Positions 7,858-18,900 of a stretch of 64,000 nt of DNA are shown here, piece after piece. Made by a program: the position numbers and the translations under genes. The notes beneath the pieces are model-generated. The model was given only the letters and a program-made list of their open reading frames with translations. It had not been told where the DNA came from and searched no databases. Every line of letters starts with the position of its first letter. Positions within the stretch are counted from its first letter, which is position 1. The DNA is from Oscillospiraceae bacterium (lineage in GTDB: Bacteria; Bacillota; Clostridia; Oscillospirales; Oscillospiraceae), in NCBI GenBank assembly GCA_009780235.1, contig WRAK01000007.1, positions 7,847-71,846 on the forward strand, in the 5' to 3' direction.

Positions 7858-10491
7858 ATGGAAAAGCTTGGACTAAACGAACTGCGGGAGAGGTTCCTCT
7901 CCTTTTTCGAGGGAAAGGCGCATCTCAGGATGCAGAGCTTCCCGCTTTTGCCGCAGGGGGATGCGAGTTTGCTGCTCATCAACAGCGGCATGGCACCGCT
8001 CAAGCCCTATTTTACGGGGGAAGTCACGCCGCCGAGCAAGCGGGTGACGACTTGCCAGAAGTGCATCCGCACGCCGGACATTGAGCGGGTGGGGAAGACG
8101 AGCAGACATGCGACCTATTTCGAGATGCTCGGCAACTTTTCCTTTGGTGACTATTTCAAGCGGGAGGCCTGCGCTTGGGCTTGGGAGTTTGTGACGGAGG
8201 ATTTGAAAATCCCCGTGGACAAGCTCTATGTCACCGTGTATTTGGATGATGACGAGGCGCACGACATTTGGACGAAAGAGGTCGGGGTATCGCCGGAGCG
8301 GGTGAGCCGCTTAGGCAAGGCGGACAACTTTTGGGAAATCGGGCAGGGCCCCTGCGGGCCGTGTTCGGAGATTTACTTTGACTTCGGCGAAGCGCGGGGC
8401 TGTGACGAGCCGAACTGTGCGCCCGGGTGTGACTGTGACCGCTTTGTGGAATTTTGGAATCTGGTATTCACCCAGTTCTACAATGACGGGCAGAACAACT
8501 ACTCGGAACTTGCCAGCAAGAACATCGACACGGGCATGGGTTTGGAGCGGCTGGCCTGTATCATGCAGGACGTGGGCAGTCTCTTCGATGTAGACACCGT
8601 GCGGGCGATTACGGCGCATGTGTCGGAGCTGACGGGCGTCGCCTACGGGCGGGGCGAGAAGTCGGACGTGAGCCTGCGGGTGATTACCGACCACATTCGC
8701 TCTACGACGATGATGATTTGCGACGGTATCCTGCCCTCGAACGAGGGGCGGGGCTATGTCCTGCGCCGTCTCCTGCGCCGTGCGGCACGGCATGGGAAGC
8801 TTTTGGGCTTGGAGATGCCGTTCCTATATCAAGTCGCCGAGACGGTGATTCGGGAGAATCGGGCCGCTTACCCGGAGCTTCAAGAGAAGCGGGATTACAT
8901 TCAGAAGATTATCCAAGTCGAGGAAGAAAACTTCGCCAAGACCTTGGGTGCGGGGATGCGCATCTTTGACGAGATGCTAACCGCACTCGGCACGGGCGGG
9001 ACGCTCTCGGGGGACGATGCGTTTAAGCTTTATGACACTTACGGTTTCCCCATCGACCTCACGATTGAAATTCTGGACGAACAGGGCAAGTCCGTGGATA
9101 GAGCGCGGTTTGACGTGCTCATGCAGGAACAGCGGGAGCGTGCCAGAGCGGCTACGGCGGCACTCGGTGACTTCGGTTGGGAGGGTCTTGATCTGGGGCT
9201 TGACCGTGACGTGGCCACGGTGTTCCAAGGCTACGATTTCTGCCAAGCGAACGGCAAGGTGCTGGCCATCGCCGTAGAGGGTGAGTTACAGACTGCGGCC
9301 TCGGCGGGTGCGAAGGCGGTCATCGTCCTCGACCAAACGCCTTTCTACGCCGAGAGCGGCGGGCAGGTGGCGGACGTGGGCTATCTCTCAGCCGGGGACT
9401 TTGTATTCCGTGTGGAGGACGTGCAGAAGACGAAAGACGCGAAGTTCTTGCACTCGGGTCTCATCGAGGCGGGTCAGGTGTCCGTGGGCGACACGGTGAC
9501 GGCGGCGGTAGACGCGCCGCGGCGGCGTGCCATCATGCGGGCACATACGGCGGCGCATTTACTGCATCGTGCGCTGAAGAACGTGCTGGGTTCCCATGTG
9601 GAGCAGGCAGGGAGCCATGTGTCGGCGGATGCGGTGCGCTTTGACTTCACGCATTTCCAGGCCATGACCCCGGAGGAGCTTGTGCGGGTGGGCGAGGAAG
9701 TCAATGCCATGATATTGGAGGACTTGCCCGTCACGGTGCAGGAGATGAACATGGACGACGCCAAAGCGGCGGGTGCCGTCGCGCTCTTCGGCGAGAAATA
9801 CGGTGATTGGGTACGTGTCGTGCGGACGGGGAACTACTCCACGGAACTCTGCGGCGGGACGCATTTGACGAACACGGCGAAGATAGGGCCGTTTTGGCTG
9901 ATGAGTGAGTTTTCCATCGCCTCCGGTGTGCGGCGGATTGAGGCGGTGACGGGTGAGGCGACCTTGGCGTATGTGCGGCAGGGCCAGCTCATGTTGCACG
10001 AGGTCGCGCGTGACCTCAAAACCACCCCGGGCGAGTTGCGGGATCGGATTCATCAGATGGTGCTGGATGCGAAAGACGCACAGAAGCGGATCGAGTTCTT
10101 TGCCCAACAGCAGATTAAAATCGAGGCAGACCAATTGCTCTTGGAGGCAAAGCCCGTGGGCGGTCTCCGGCTCGTCACCGTCAAGCTGACGGATGATGAC
10201 AACGGCCACCTGCGGAAGCTCGGCGATATGCTTCGCAACAGGGACGAGAACATCGTAGTCGTGGAATGTGCGGTGTATGACGGTAAGATTACCTTCCTCG
10301 CCGCCTGCGGAAAAGCGGCCATTGCCAAGGGTGTAAAAGCCGGGGATATCATCAAACACGTCACCGCCATCACAGGCGGCTCCGGCGGCGGCAAGCCGGA
10401 CAACGCCATGGGCGGCGGGAAAGATGCAGGCAAGGTAGACGAAGCTCTGGCGAGCGTCGAGGCATTTGTTGCGGAAAAAATAGGGGGATAA
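7858..10491 (+). CDS. alaS: alanine--tRNA ligase
   Basis: 877 aa. FTNSGM-like LINSGMAPLKPYF, class II core motifs, editing-domain HTAAHLLH, C-terminal DHHA1-like GGGKP. Confidence 0.95.
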   Translation: MEKLGLNELRERFLSFFEGKAHLRMQSFPLLPQGDASLLLINSGMAPLKPYFTGEVTPPSKRVTTCQKCIRTPDIERVGKTSRHATYFEMLGNFSFGDYFKREACAWAWEFVTEDLKIPVDKLYVTVYLDDDEAHDIWTKEVGVSPERVSRLGKADNFWEIGQGPCGPCSEIYFDFGEARGCDEPNCAPGCDCDRFVEFWNLVFTQFYNDGQNNYSELASKNIDTGMGLERLACIMQDVGSLFDVDTVRAITAHVSELTGVAYGRGEKSDVSLRVITDHIRSTTMMICDGILPSNEGRGYVLRRLLRRAARHGKLLGLEMPFLYQVAETVIRENRAAYPELQEKRDYIQKIIQVEEENFAKTLGAGMRIFDEMLTALGTGGTLSGDDAFKLYDTYGFPIDLTIEILDEQGKSVDRARFDVLMQEQRERARAATAALGDFGWEGLDLGLDRDVATVFQGYDFCQANGKVLAIAVEGELQTAASAGAKAVIVLDQTPFYAESGGQVADVGYLSAGDFVFRVEDVQKTKDAKFLHSGLIEAGQVSVGDTVTAAVDAPRRRAIMRAHTAAHLLHRALKNVLGSHVEQAGSHVSADAVRFDFTHFQAMTPEELVRVGEEVNAMILEDLPVTVQEMNMDDAKAAGAVALFGEKYGDWVRVVRTGNYSTELCGGTHLTNTAKIGPFWLMSEFSIASGVRRIEAVTGEATLAYVRQGQLMLHEVARDLKTTPGELRDRIHQMVLDAKDAQKRIEFFAQQQIKIEADQLLLEAKPVGGLRLVTVKLTDDDNGHLRKLGDMLRNRDENIVVVECAVYDGKITFLAACGKAAIAKGVKAGDIIKHVTAITGGSGGGKPDNAMGGGKDAGKVDEALASVEAFVAEKIGG

Positions 10492-10495
10492 AGTT

Positions 10496-10840
10496 ATGTC
10501 AACCAATTGCATTTTCTGCAAAATCGCAGCGGGAGAGATTCCGTCGGACAAGGTGTATGAGGATGAGTATGTCCTCGCATTCCGGGACATCTCACCCCAG
10601 GCTCCCGTGCATATTTTGGTGATACCGAAAACGCACATCGCATCCGCGGCGGAGGTTTCGGCGGAGAATGCAGAACTCGTGGCGGCGTGCTTTGCGGCGA
10701 TTGCGAAGATTGCCGTGGCCGAGGGGCTTGGCAAGGGCTTCCGCGTGATTACCAACTGCGGCGAAGAGGGCGGGCAGACGGTGCACCACCTGCATTTCCA
10801 TCTGCTCGGCGGCAGACATTTAGGGGCGAATTTGCTGTGA
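10496..10840 (+). CDS. HIT family (histidine triad) protein
   Basis: CIFCKI...HILVIPK...HHLHFHLLGG histidine triad. Confidence 0.9.
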   Translation: MSTNCIFCKIAAGEIPSDKVYEDEYVLAFRDISPQAPVHILVIPKTHIASAAEVSAENAELVAACFAAIAKIAVAEGLGKGFRVITNCGEEGGQTVHHLHFHLLGGRHLGANLL

Positions 10841-13194
10841 CGGGGGCGCGATCGTCACGTGGGGATAAGGGGCGCGGCGGGCGACCGAGGTCGGCCGCCC
10901 CTGCATTGCGGCGTTTTTGTGAGGCCGTTTTAAAGCGGCGGCTCGCCTCGTTTGCGATTGCGTTTGCGGCGGCAACGGTCGGGTGGCAGTTGGTGCCTGC
11001 TTGGTATTGGCTGGTGATTCCCGCCGTTGTTTTAGCTGTGGGTGCGGGGTTTTTGCGTGAATCTTCACGGGTCGTGGTCATTGTGCTCACCACCGGGTTT
11101 TTGCTCGGGTCTGCGTGGTGCCTTGGCCACGACCTGCTCTTTTTGGAGCCCGCACGGGAGTTGGATCGGGAGCGGGGCGAGATTACCGTCCAAGTGACGA
11201 GCCTGCCGCGAGAGACGGCGTATTTCACCGATGTGAGCGGCCGCCTCGTGCGGGAGGATGGGGTGAATATCCCCATGACGCTCCGTTTGGATGAAATCGG
11301 CGAACCATTGGAGCCGGGAGATGTCATTACGGTGGACGCCGTATTGCATCGAGCTGACCGCATCGGGGACGAGCGGGTCTGGCGGCATAACGCGGACGGC
11401 GTATTTTTGCGCGCCTTTGCCACGGGGGAGTATGCGATAATAGATTCGGGGAGCCGCATGTGGTATTTCCCGCAATATTTGAACCGTGCCGTGGTGGAGC
11501 GGGTGGAGGAGATTTTTCCCGAGGACGCGGTCGGGTTTCTGACCGCCGTACTCACGGGCAACCGTTCGGCGATGGACGCCGAGGTCTTCGAGAACCTGCG
11601 GCGGAGCGGGATTGCGCATCTGGTGGCGGTATCGGGGATGCACGTTGTGCTGCTGACCGGTTTGTTGGCGTTGCTTTTGGGCAAAAGCCGCCGGGTGACG
11701 CTTGTCTTGATTCCGATGGTGTTTGTCTTTGCCGTCATGACAGGGGCATCGCCCTCGACGATGCGGGCGGCCTTGATGCAGTCGATGATACTCCTCGCGC
11801 CGCTGTTTAATCGGGAGAGTGACAAAATAACCTCTCTCAGTACGGCTCTGCTGTTGATTTTGATCGGCAATCCGTTAGCGATTACCAGTGTGAACCTGCA
11901 GCTATCTTTCCTCGCCATCGTGGGTATGTTCGGGGTTACGCCGCGGTTTTACCGCTATCTGTCCGGCTTGGTTCCGGCGGAGACAAAGGCGGGAAAGCGG
12001 GCGAAGAAGTTTATCGCCACGAGCCTGGCGACGACGCTGGGTGCAACGGCTTTCACCACGCCGATTTTAGTGTTCCACATGGGAGCGATTCCGCTGTATT
12101 CGCCCTTGACAGATTTACTTACGGTTTGGGCGGCCACGTTTATCTTCGGCGGGGGCGTGATTGTTGCGGCAGTCGGGTTTCTCTTCCTGCCTTTGGCGCA
12201 GATTCTGGCTTGGCCCGTGGTTTTGCTCGTGCGCTATGTGCAATGGGTAGCATCAGGGATTGCGCAGTTCCCTATGGCGATAATTTGGACGCAGAGCGGA
12301 TATATTCGGGTGTGGTTGGCGGTGTCGGCGGTCATGGTGGGGGTATATGTCCTCTACCGGGGCGAGAAACCGCGGGCGGTGTTGCCCGTGGGACTATCGG
12401 CGGGACTTTTGATTTTCTGTTTCTTTTTGGGCAGCATGGAGGCCCGTTCGGGCGGGCTTACGGTCACGGTCTTAGACGTAGGACAGGGACAGAGTGTGGT
12501 GCTCACAACACCTGAGACCACGGCTCTTGTGGATGTCGGCAGCGGCAGAGGACAGGGGAGCCGTGCGGGGCATATTGCGGCGGAGTATCTGTTCAGCCGC
12601 AATATCTATGAGTTGGATTTTCTGATTCTCACGCATTTTCACGCCGATCACATCAACGGTGTCGGTCATCTGATGCAGCGTGTACCGATTGAGCGATTGC
12701 TCATCCCCGAACGGGCCGAGGGCAACGCGGCGAAAGAGCGTGTGCTTGATTTGGCAGAGACATGGGGCGTTGCTGTTTACATCATTCGCAATGACAGAGT
12801 GTATCCGTCGGGCGGCGGGAGCCTGACGGTGTTTGCGCCCTTTGTCACTTTGCCGAATGCGCCGGAGAATAATCGGGGCCTCAGCGTGCTCAAGTCGGCG
12901 GGTGAGTTTGATGTGCTCATCACCGGGGACATGTACGCCGACATGGAACAGCGCATGGTGCAGTTACAAGATTTGCCGCCGCTTGCGGTGTTGGTCGTAG
13001 GGCATCACGGGTCACGGACGTCTACCTCGGAGGAATTGCTGTTGGCGACGATGCCGCGGGTGGCGATTGTCTCTGCGGGCTTGGATAATCAGCACGGGCA
13101 TCCCCATGCCGAAGTGCAGGTGCGGTTATGGGAGTTCGGGAGTTCGATGTATCGCACGGACAGGTCGGGGAGCGTTACCGTACGGTTTCGGTAA
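10837..13194 (+). CDS. comEC: DNA internalization-related competence protein ComEC/Rec2
   Basis: Polytopic membrane core (GIAHLVAVSGMHV) plus C-terminal metallo-beta-lactamase domain (THFHADHINGV, VVGHHGS). The GTG at 10837 overlaps the HIT stop. Start is uncertain. Confidence 0.8.
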   Translation: MTGARSSRGDKGRGGRPRSAAPALRRFCEAVLKRRLASFAIAFAAATVGWQLVPAWYWLVIPAVVLAVGAGFLRESSRVVVIVLTTGFLLGSAWCLGHDLLFLEPARELDRERGEITVQVTSLPRETAYFTDVSGRLVREDGVNIPMTLRLDEIGEPLEPGDVITVDAVLHRADRIGDERVWRHNADGVFLRAFATGEYAIIDSGSRMWYFPQYLNRAVVERVEEIFPEDAVGFLTAVLTGNRSAMDAEVFENLRRSGIAHLVAVSGMHVVLLTGLLALLLGKSRRVTLVLIPMVFVFAVMTGASPSTMRAALMQSMILLAPLFNRESDKITSLSTALLLILIGNPLAITSVNLQLSFLAIVGMFGVTPRFYRYLSGLVPAETKAGKRAKKFIATSLATTLGATAFTTPILVFHMGAIPLYSPLTDLLTVWAATFIFGGGVIVAAVGFLFLPLAQILAWPVVLLVRYVQWVASGIAQFPMAIIWTQSGYIRVWLAVSAVMVGVYVLYRGEKPRAVLPVGLSAGLLIFCFFLGSMEARSGGLTVTVLDVGQGQSVVLTTPETTALVDVGSGRGQGSRAGHIAAEYLFSRNIYELDFLILTHFHADHINGVGHLMQRVPIERLLIPERAEGNAAKERVLDLAETWGVAVYIIRNDRVYPSGGGSLTVFAPFVTLPNAPENNRGLSVLKSAGEFDVLITGDMYADMEQRMVQLQDLPPLAVLVVGHHGSRTSTSEELLLATMPRVAIVSAGLDNQHGHPHAEVQVRLWEFGSSMYRTDRSGSVTVRFR

Positions 13195-13199
13195 TTTGA

Positions 13200-13320
13200 T
13201 AGGGGCGGCCATTGGCCGTCCGCTGTGTAAATTTTGTACTCATCTTGTAGGGGGCGGCGTCCCCGACGCCCGCATCTCACAAAGCATGCTGCGGGGCGTC
13301 GAGGATGCCCCGCCCCCTAC
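13200..13320. repeat. repeat copy TAGGGGCGGCCATTGGCCGTCCGC plus capped hairpin
   Basis: Core at 13200-13223. GTAGGGGGCGG (13248-13258) pairs with CCGCCCCCTAC (13310-13320). Confidence 0.8.
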
Positions 13321-13396
13321 AAGGATCAAGGGTGACCATCCCACCGCCTGTGGCGGCCCCCTTTTCGGAGGGGAATATTGGATCGAGGAGAAACGA

Positions 13397-14428
13397 ATGC
13401 CAAAGCAAAAACCACAAAATCAAGGTTACCAAACACTCCGAAGCGAAATCTCCGAGGGCGCGCTTCGGCCTTTGTATTTGTTCTGGGGTGAGGAAGATTA
13501 TTTGCGGGAGGCCTGTTTGGGCCAGATGCGCAGCATACTCTTGCCCGAGGGCTTGGAGGAGATGAACTACTTTCGGCTTGACGACAAAAACATAGACATC
13601 AGCACGATTGCCGAGGCGGTGGAGGCTTTGCCTGTGTTTTCCCCGAAGAAGCTCGTTGAGGTACGGGATTTTGACTTTTACAAGGCCACCGCCGACAAGC
13701 GGGACGCATTGGATGCGTTTTTGGCCGACGTGCCGGATTATTGTTGTCTCGTTTTCGTCTTCACCGACCCCGGGTTTCGGCCCGATGGGCGGGTGAAGAT
13801 TCATAAGCACTTCAAGGGGACGGGGCTGTCGGTGGAGTTCGGGAAACAGGACCAGTCCGACCTCGTGCCGTGGGTGCGGCGGCGGTTTGCGGCTTTGGAT
13901 AAGGAAATCGAGCGGCGAGATGCGGAGTATCTGCTCTTCCTCTGCGGCTCGCTCATGCGGGGATTGACGGGGGAGATAGAGAAGATTGCGGCCTATGCCG
14001 AGGATACCCACATCACCCGTGCGGATATCGACGCGGTGGGGACGCCCGTGCTGGATGCCGTGGTGTGGCAGCTCACGGACGCGCTCGGCAAGCGGGATAT
14101 GGGGCGTGCGGCGGAGGTGATGGGGGAGCTGCTGCTCATGCGGGAGAGTCCGATTATGCTGCTTGCAGTCGTGGCGAAGCAATTGCGGCAGCTTTTATCG
14201 GCCAAGCTTGCGGCGGAGAGCGGACGGGATGCGGGGTATTTGAAGACGCTTTGGGGTATGAGCCATGACTACCCGGCCCGGCTCTTAACAGAGGCCGCCC
14301 GGCGAGTAGAATTTGCGTGGTGCCGAAATGCGGTGCTGTTAGCGGCGGAGACGGATTTGCAAATGAAGAGTACGGGATGGGACGGGGAGGCCTTGCTCAA
14401 GGAGTTTTTTGTGCGGCTCGCATTGTAG
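13397..14428 (+). CDS. holA: DNA polymerase III subunit delta
   Basis: ATG at 13397 in the 13067 ORF frame. LYLFWGEEDYL N-terminal motif, 343 aa. Confidence 0.8.
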   Translation: MPKQKPQNQGYQTLRSEISEGALRPLYLFWGEEDYLREACLGQMRSILLPEGLEEMNYFRLDDKNIDISTIAEAVEALPVFSPKKLVEVRDFDFYKATADKRDALDAFLADVPDYCCLVFVFTDPGFRPDGRVKIHKHFKGTGLSVEFGKQDQSDLVPWVRRRFAALDKEIERRDAEYLLFLCGSLMRGLTGEIEKIAAYAEDTHITRADIDAVGTPVLDAVVWQLTDALGKRDMGRAAEVMGELLLMRESPIMLLAVVAKQLRQLLSAKLAAESGRDAGYLKTLWGMSHDYPARLLTEAARRVEFAWCRNAVLLAAETDLQMKSTGWDGEALLKEFFVRLAL

Positions 14429-14502
14429 GGGCGGCCATTGGCCGTCCGCCATTTCCGCAGGGAATAGCTTAGGGGACACGGACGGCCAATGGCCGCTCCT
14501 AC
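14425..14502. repeat. inverted pair of GTAGGGGCGGCCATTGGCCGTCCGC repeats
   Basis: Copies at 14425-14449 and 14479-14502 (inverted) between convergent genes. The pair can form a long hairpin and probably acts as a bidirectional terminator. Confidence 0.8.
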
Positions 14503-14723
14503 GACCTCTTCGCAACGGTAACGACCAAATGTGCAAACGTCTCCTCCATGGTCGGCTGTTCGCCTTTGTGTGGGATAGAGGCGCGGAAAGCTCTTGTTTC
14601 CGGGGTGTCAATTAGGTTTTGCGGGTCTAGGGCTTCTGTGATTTCACGTTTGACTTCTTCTGCGGTGACACCGAATTTTTTTGCGATTTGTTCCATGATT
14701 TTGTCCAGTTGTTGTTCGGTCAT
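14499..14723 (-). CDS. small helical protein, unknown function (possibly Spo0A_C-like small protein family, unverified)
   Basis: 74-aa ORF in an AT-rich islet with a plausible ATG. No motif I can assign firmly. Confidence 0.45.
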   Translation of the reverse strand: MTEQQLDKIMEQIAKKFGVTAEEVKREITEALDPQNLIDTPETRAFRASIPHKGEQPTMEETFAHLVVTVAKRS

Positions 14724-14842
14724 GTTAAATTCACCTTTCCATTATAACGCTATAACAAGCTTGTTTCGAACTCGTCTTTGCATTATAACATAAAATAAGC
14801 CTAAAATAAAGTTATAATAACTTTGTTTTAGGAGGAAATATC

Positions 14843-15037
14843 GTGAAAAAAGAGAATGAGAAAAGTTTTGGGCTTCGGGTTGACGCTGAGATACTGGCAA
14901 AGTTTCGATATGTTTGTGGATATCATGGGCGTTCTGCGAACAGCCAGCTTATCCAACTCATGTTGAGATTTATAGCTGCATATGAGAGAGAACACGAGGC
15001 AATTGAGTTAGAAACAGATGAGAATGCCGGAAATTGA
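14843..15037 (+). CDS. small ribbon-helix-helix (Arc/CopG-like) protein
   Basis: GTG start after AGGAGG. FGLRVDAEILAKFRYVCGYHGRSANSQLIQLM resembles an RHH strand-helix-helix pattern. Confidence 0.45.
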   Translation: MKKENEKSFGLRVDAEILAKFRYVCGYHGRSANSQLIQLMLRFIAAYEREHEAIELETDENAGN

Positions 15038-15046
15038 ATAATTTGT

Positions 15047-15083
15047 AAAACCCCGTAAAAACGCTATGTTTTTACGGGGTTTA
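15047..15083 (+). terminator. rho-independent terminator
   Basis: CCCCGTAAAAA / TTTTTACGGGG stem (15051-15061 / 15069-15079) followed by TTTA. Confidence 0.7.
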
Positions 15084-15103
15084 TGGTAGAATGAAGTGGT
15101 ACC

Positions 15104-15178
15104 GTAGGGGCGGATTCCATATCCGCCCTGTTATCGGATACATATAAAGACCGGGGCGGATATAGAATCCGCCCCTAC
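15104..15178. repeat. inverted pair of variant capped repeats (GTAGGGGCGGATTCCATATCCGCCC)
   Basis: Copies at 15104-15128 and 15153-15178. They share the GTAGGGGCGG/CCGCCCCTAC caps but have a different core. Confidence 0.75.
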
Positions 15179-15197
15179 GAGGGGAAAGGATATTCTC

Positions 15198-15800
15198 ATG
15201 CAAACAATTCAAGAAGTCATCATTGTAGAGGGTCGCTACGATAAAAATACCCTTTCCCAAGTCGTCCGAGCCACGATTTTGGAGACGCAGGGGTATGGGA
15301 TATTCAACGACAAGCAAAAGTTGCAGCTCATCCGCAGACTGGCGGCGGAGCGTGGGGTCATTATCCTCACGGACAGCGACAGCGCAGGGTTTTTGATACG
15401 CAACCACCTCAAGGGCAGCGTTTCCGAGGGGCGGGTGTTGCACGCCTATATCCCCGATCGGCACGGGAAAGAGCGGCGCAAGACGGAGGCGGGGCGTGAG
15501 GGCAAGCTCGGCGTCGAGGGGATGGACGGTGAGACTTTGCTTGAGGTCTTGCGGCGTGCCGGGGCTACGTTTCGGGATGTGGCGGGGGAGAGCGGCACTA
15601 AAGCCGACGGGCGAAAACTGACAAAGGCCGACCTATATCAAGCGGGGCTGACAGGGCGGCCGGACAGCAAAGCACGGCGGCAGGCTTTGTTGCAGACGTT
15701 GGATTTGCCGGAGAATTTGACAACCAACGGGCTGTTGGATGTGCTGCATGTCCTGTATGGGTATGAGGAGGGGCTGCGGGTAGTTGGGTTGTCTGTATAG
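15198..15800 (+). CDS. rnmV: ribonuclease M5 (Toprim domain)
   Basis: IQEVIIVEGRYDKNTL...VIILTDSDSAGFLIR Toprim motifs. Confidence 0.8.
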   Translation: MQTIQEVIIVEGRYDKNTLSQVVRATILETQGYGIFNDKQKLQLIRRLAAERGVIILTDSDSAGFLIRNHLKGSVSEGRVLHAYIPDRHGKERRKTEAGREGKLGVEGMDGETLLEVLRRAGATFRDVAGESGTKADGRKLTKADLYQAGLTGRPDSKARRQALLQTLDLPENLTTNGLLDVLHVLYGYEEGLRVVGLSV

Positions 15801-15909
15801 GGCGCGATGTTCCGCACCATCGTTTTGCAAAATTTAAATTTGAAACTTGCATTTTCGTAAAAACCATGATACACTATTGCAATATCTTTCATTATAAAAT
15901 TGACTTGGA

Positions 15910-18900
15910 GTGATGGACATGGTAAAGAAAAAAATCAAAAAAGTATTGGTGGCCAATCGAGGAGAGATTGCGATTCGAGTGTTTCGGGCGTGTACCGACT
16001 TGGGAATTACAACAGTCGCGATTTATTCCCAGGAGGACGCATTTAACCTCTTTCGCACCAAGGCGGACGAGGCGTATTTAATCGGCGAGAACCAGACCCC
16101 CTTGGGGGCATATTTGGATATTGATGCGATTATCCATCTGGCGAAGTCGAAGAATGTGGACGCGATTCATCCGGGTTACGGTTTTTTATCGGAGAATGCC
16201 GATTTTGCAAGAATGTGCGAAAAAAATGGCATAATCTTCATCGGTCCGCCCTCGCATATCTTGGATAAGATGGGCGATAAACTCAACGCCAAGGAGATTG
16301 CCAAAGCGTGCAAGGTGCCCACGATTCCCGGTAGTGAAGACCCGCTCTCGGGGGCGGAAGAGGCTTTGCGGCGGGCGGAGGAATACGGTTATCCCGTCAT
16401 CTTGAAAGCCGCAGCGGGCGGCGGCGGGCGCGGGATGCGTCGGGTGAACAACCCGGAGGAGTTGAAAACGGCTTTCCCGCTGGTGCAGAGCGAGGCCCAA
16501 AAGTCCTTTGGGCGCGGGGATATCTTCATGGAAAAATACCTCGTCGAGCCGCGGCATATCGAGATTCAGATTTTGGCAGATGCCTACGGGAATGTATATC
16601 ATCTTTTCGAGCGGGACTGCTCACTTCAGCGGCGGTATCAGAAAGTGGTCGAGATTGCGCCTGCGGTTTCCTTGCCGCAGCATGTGAAAGAGGCCTTGTA
16701 CGCCGATGCCGTGACGCTGGCGAAACATGTAGATTATGTCAACGCAGGAACCTTTGAATTTCTGGTGGATAAGGACAATCGGCACTATTTCATTGAGGTC
16801 AACCCACGGGTACAGGTGGAGCATACGATTACCGAGGTTATCACGGGGATTGACATCGTGCAGACGCAGATTATGGTAGCGCAGGGCTATCGATTTGGTG
16901 ACCCGGAGATTGATTTGCCGAGCCAAGACGCCATCCAAATGCGTGGTGTCGCCATCCAATGCCGTGTGACGACGGAAGATCCCAAGAACAACTTTGCGCC
17001 CGACACGGGGAAGATTACCGCATACCGTTCGGGCGGCGGAAACGGGATTCGGCTCGACGCGGGTAACGCCTACGCCGGGGCGGAGATTTCGCCCTACTAT
17101 GACAGCCTCTTGGTCAAGGTCACGGCCTATGACCGGAACTACGAGCGGGCGACCCGCAAGTCTATCCGCGCAATTAACGAGCTGCGGATTAGAGGCGTGA
17201 AGAGCAATGTGCAGTTCTTGAATAACATCCTGTCCCATCCGAAGTTTGCATCGGGAGAGTTCCATGCGACTTTTATCGATGATACCCCCGAGCTGTACGA
17301 GTTCGCCGATTCCAAGGACAGGGCGACGAAGCTCCTCAGCTACATCGGAAATGTGGTTGTAAATCGGAGGCACGGGGAGAAAGACCCGTCCTCCACCCCG
17401 ACTGCCCCGGCATCTCCGGCAGGGGAGAAGCCGATAGGCTTGAAGCAACTCTTAGACGAAAAAGGCCCCGAGGGCTTCCGGGACTACTGTTTGCAGAGCA
17501 AGAAGCTTCTGCTCGCCGACACCACACTCAGAGACGCCCACCAATCCCTGCTCGCCACACGGGTGCGCACCCGTGACATGGCGGCGATTGCCGATTATGT
17601 GTCCCACGCGATGAGCGACCTTTTCGCCATCGAAATGTGGGGCGGGGCGACCTTTGATGTGGCCTACCGTTTCCTCCATGAATCGCCTTGGGCGCGGTTG
17701 GAACTGCTGCGGGAGAAGATTCCGAATATTCCGTTCATGATGCTCTTCCGCGGCGCAAACGCCGTGGGGTATACGAACTACCCTGACAACGTGGTGCGGG
17801 AGTTTATCCGTCAGGCTGCCAAGTCGGGGATAGACGTGTTCCGTGTGTTCGATTCGCTCAACTGGATGCCGAATGTGGAGGTGTCGATTGAGGAAATGCT
17901 GAAACAGGGCAAGGTGGCCGAGGGTTATATTTGCTATACCGGGGACATCTCAGACCCGTCGAGGGATAAATACAACTTGAATTATTATGTAACCCTTGCG
18001 AAAGAGATGGAGCGGCGGGGTGTGCATGTGCTGGGCATCAAGGACATGGCGGGGCTGTGCAAGCCCTATGCGGCGGAGAAACTCGTGTCTACGCTCAAGC
18101 AGGAGGTCGGGCTGCCGATTCACTTCCACACGCACGACACCAGCGGTAACGGCGTGGCCGCCGCACTCAAAGCGGCGGAGGCGGGTGTGGATATCATAGA
18201 CGGGGCGATTGCGTCTCTTTCGTCCATCACCAGCCAGCCGTCGATGAACGCGATTGTGACCTCGCTTGTGGGTACGGAACGTGATACGGGAATCTCCGAC
18301 GAGCGACTTTTGCCGATTTCCGACTACTGGAACCAAGTCCGCAAGCTCTATGCGGCCTTCGAGGCGGATTTGACCTCTCCGGCGACGGATATTTATAAGT
18401 ATGAGATTCCCGGCGGGCAGTATTCAAATCTGAAGCCGCAGGTGGAAAATCTGGGGCTGGGGCATCGTTTCCAAGATGTGAAAGAGAAGTACAAAGAGGC
18501 CAACGATATTCTGGGCGACATTGTGAAAGTGACGCCCTCGTCCAAGATGGTGGGCGACCTTGCGATTTTCATGGTGCAGAACGATTTGGACGCCGCTAAC
18601 ATCGTAGAAAAAGGCAAGAGCCTCGCTTTCCCGGACTCCGTGGTCAGTTATTTCGAGGGCATGATGGGTCAGCCGCAGGGCGGGTTCCCCGAGGACTTGC
18701 AGAAAGTTGTTTTGAAAGGCAAGACACCCATCACTTGCCGCCCCGGTGAGCTCTTGGATGCTGTTGATTTTGACAAGCTCAAGGAGACGGTTGCCCCGTT
18801 TTGCCCGGACGCTTCCTTGCAAGAGCTGGTATCGTATTGCATGTACCCTAAGGTGTTTGAGGACTATAAAAAATTTGCGGCTGAATTCTCTGACCTGACC

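Noticed and set aside
10687-10836. Upstream extension of the comEC ORF overlapping the HIT gene by 150 nt.
   Set aside because: The extension is a low-complexity alternative frame of the HIT gene. A GTG at the HIT stop is a more plausible start.
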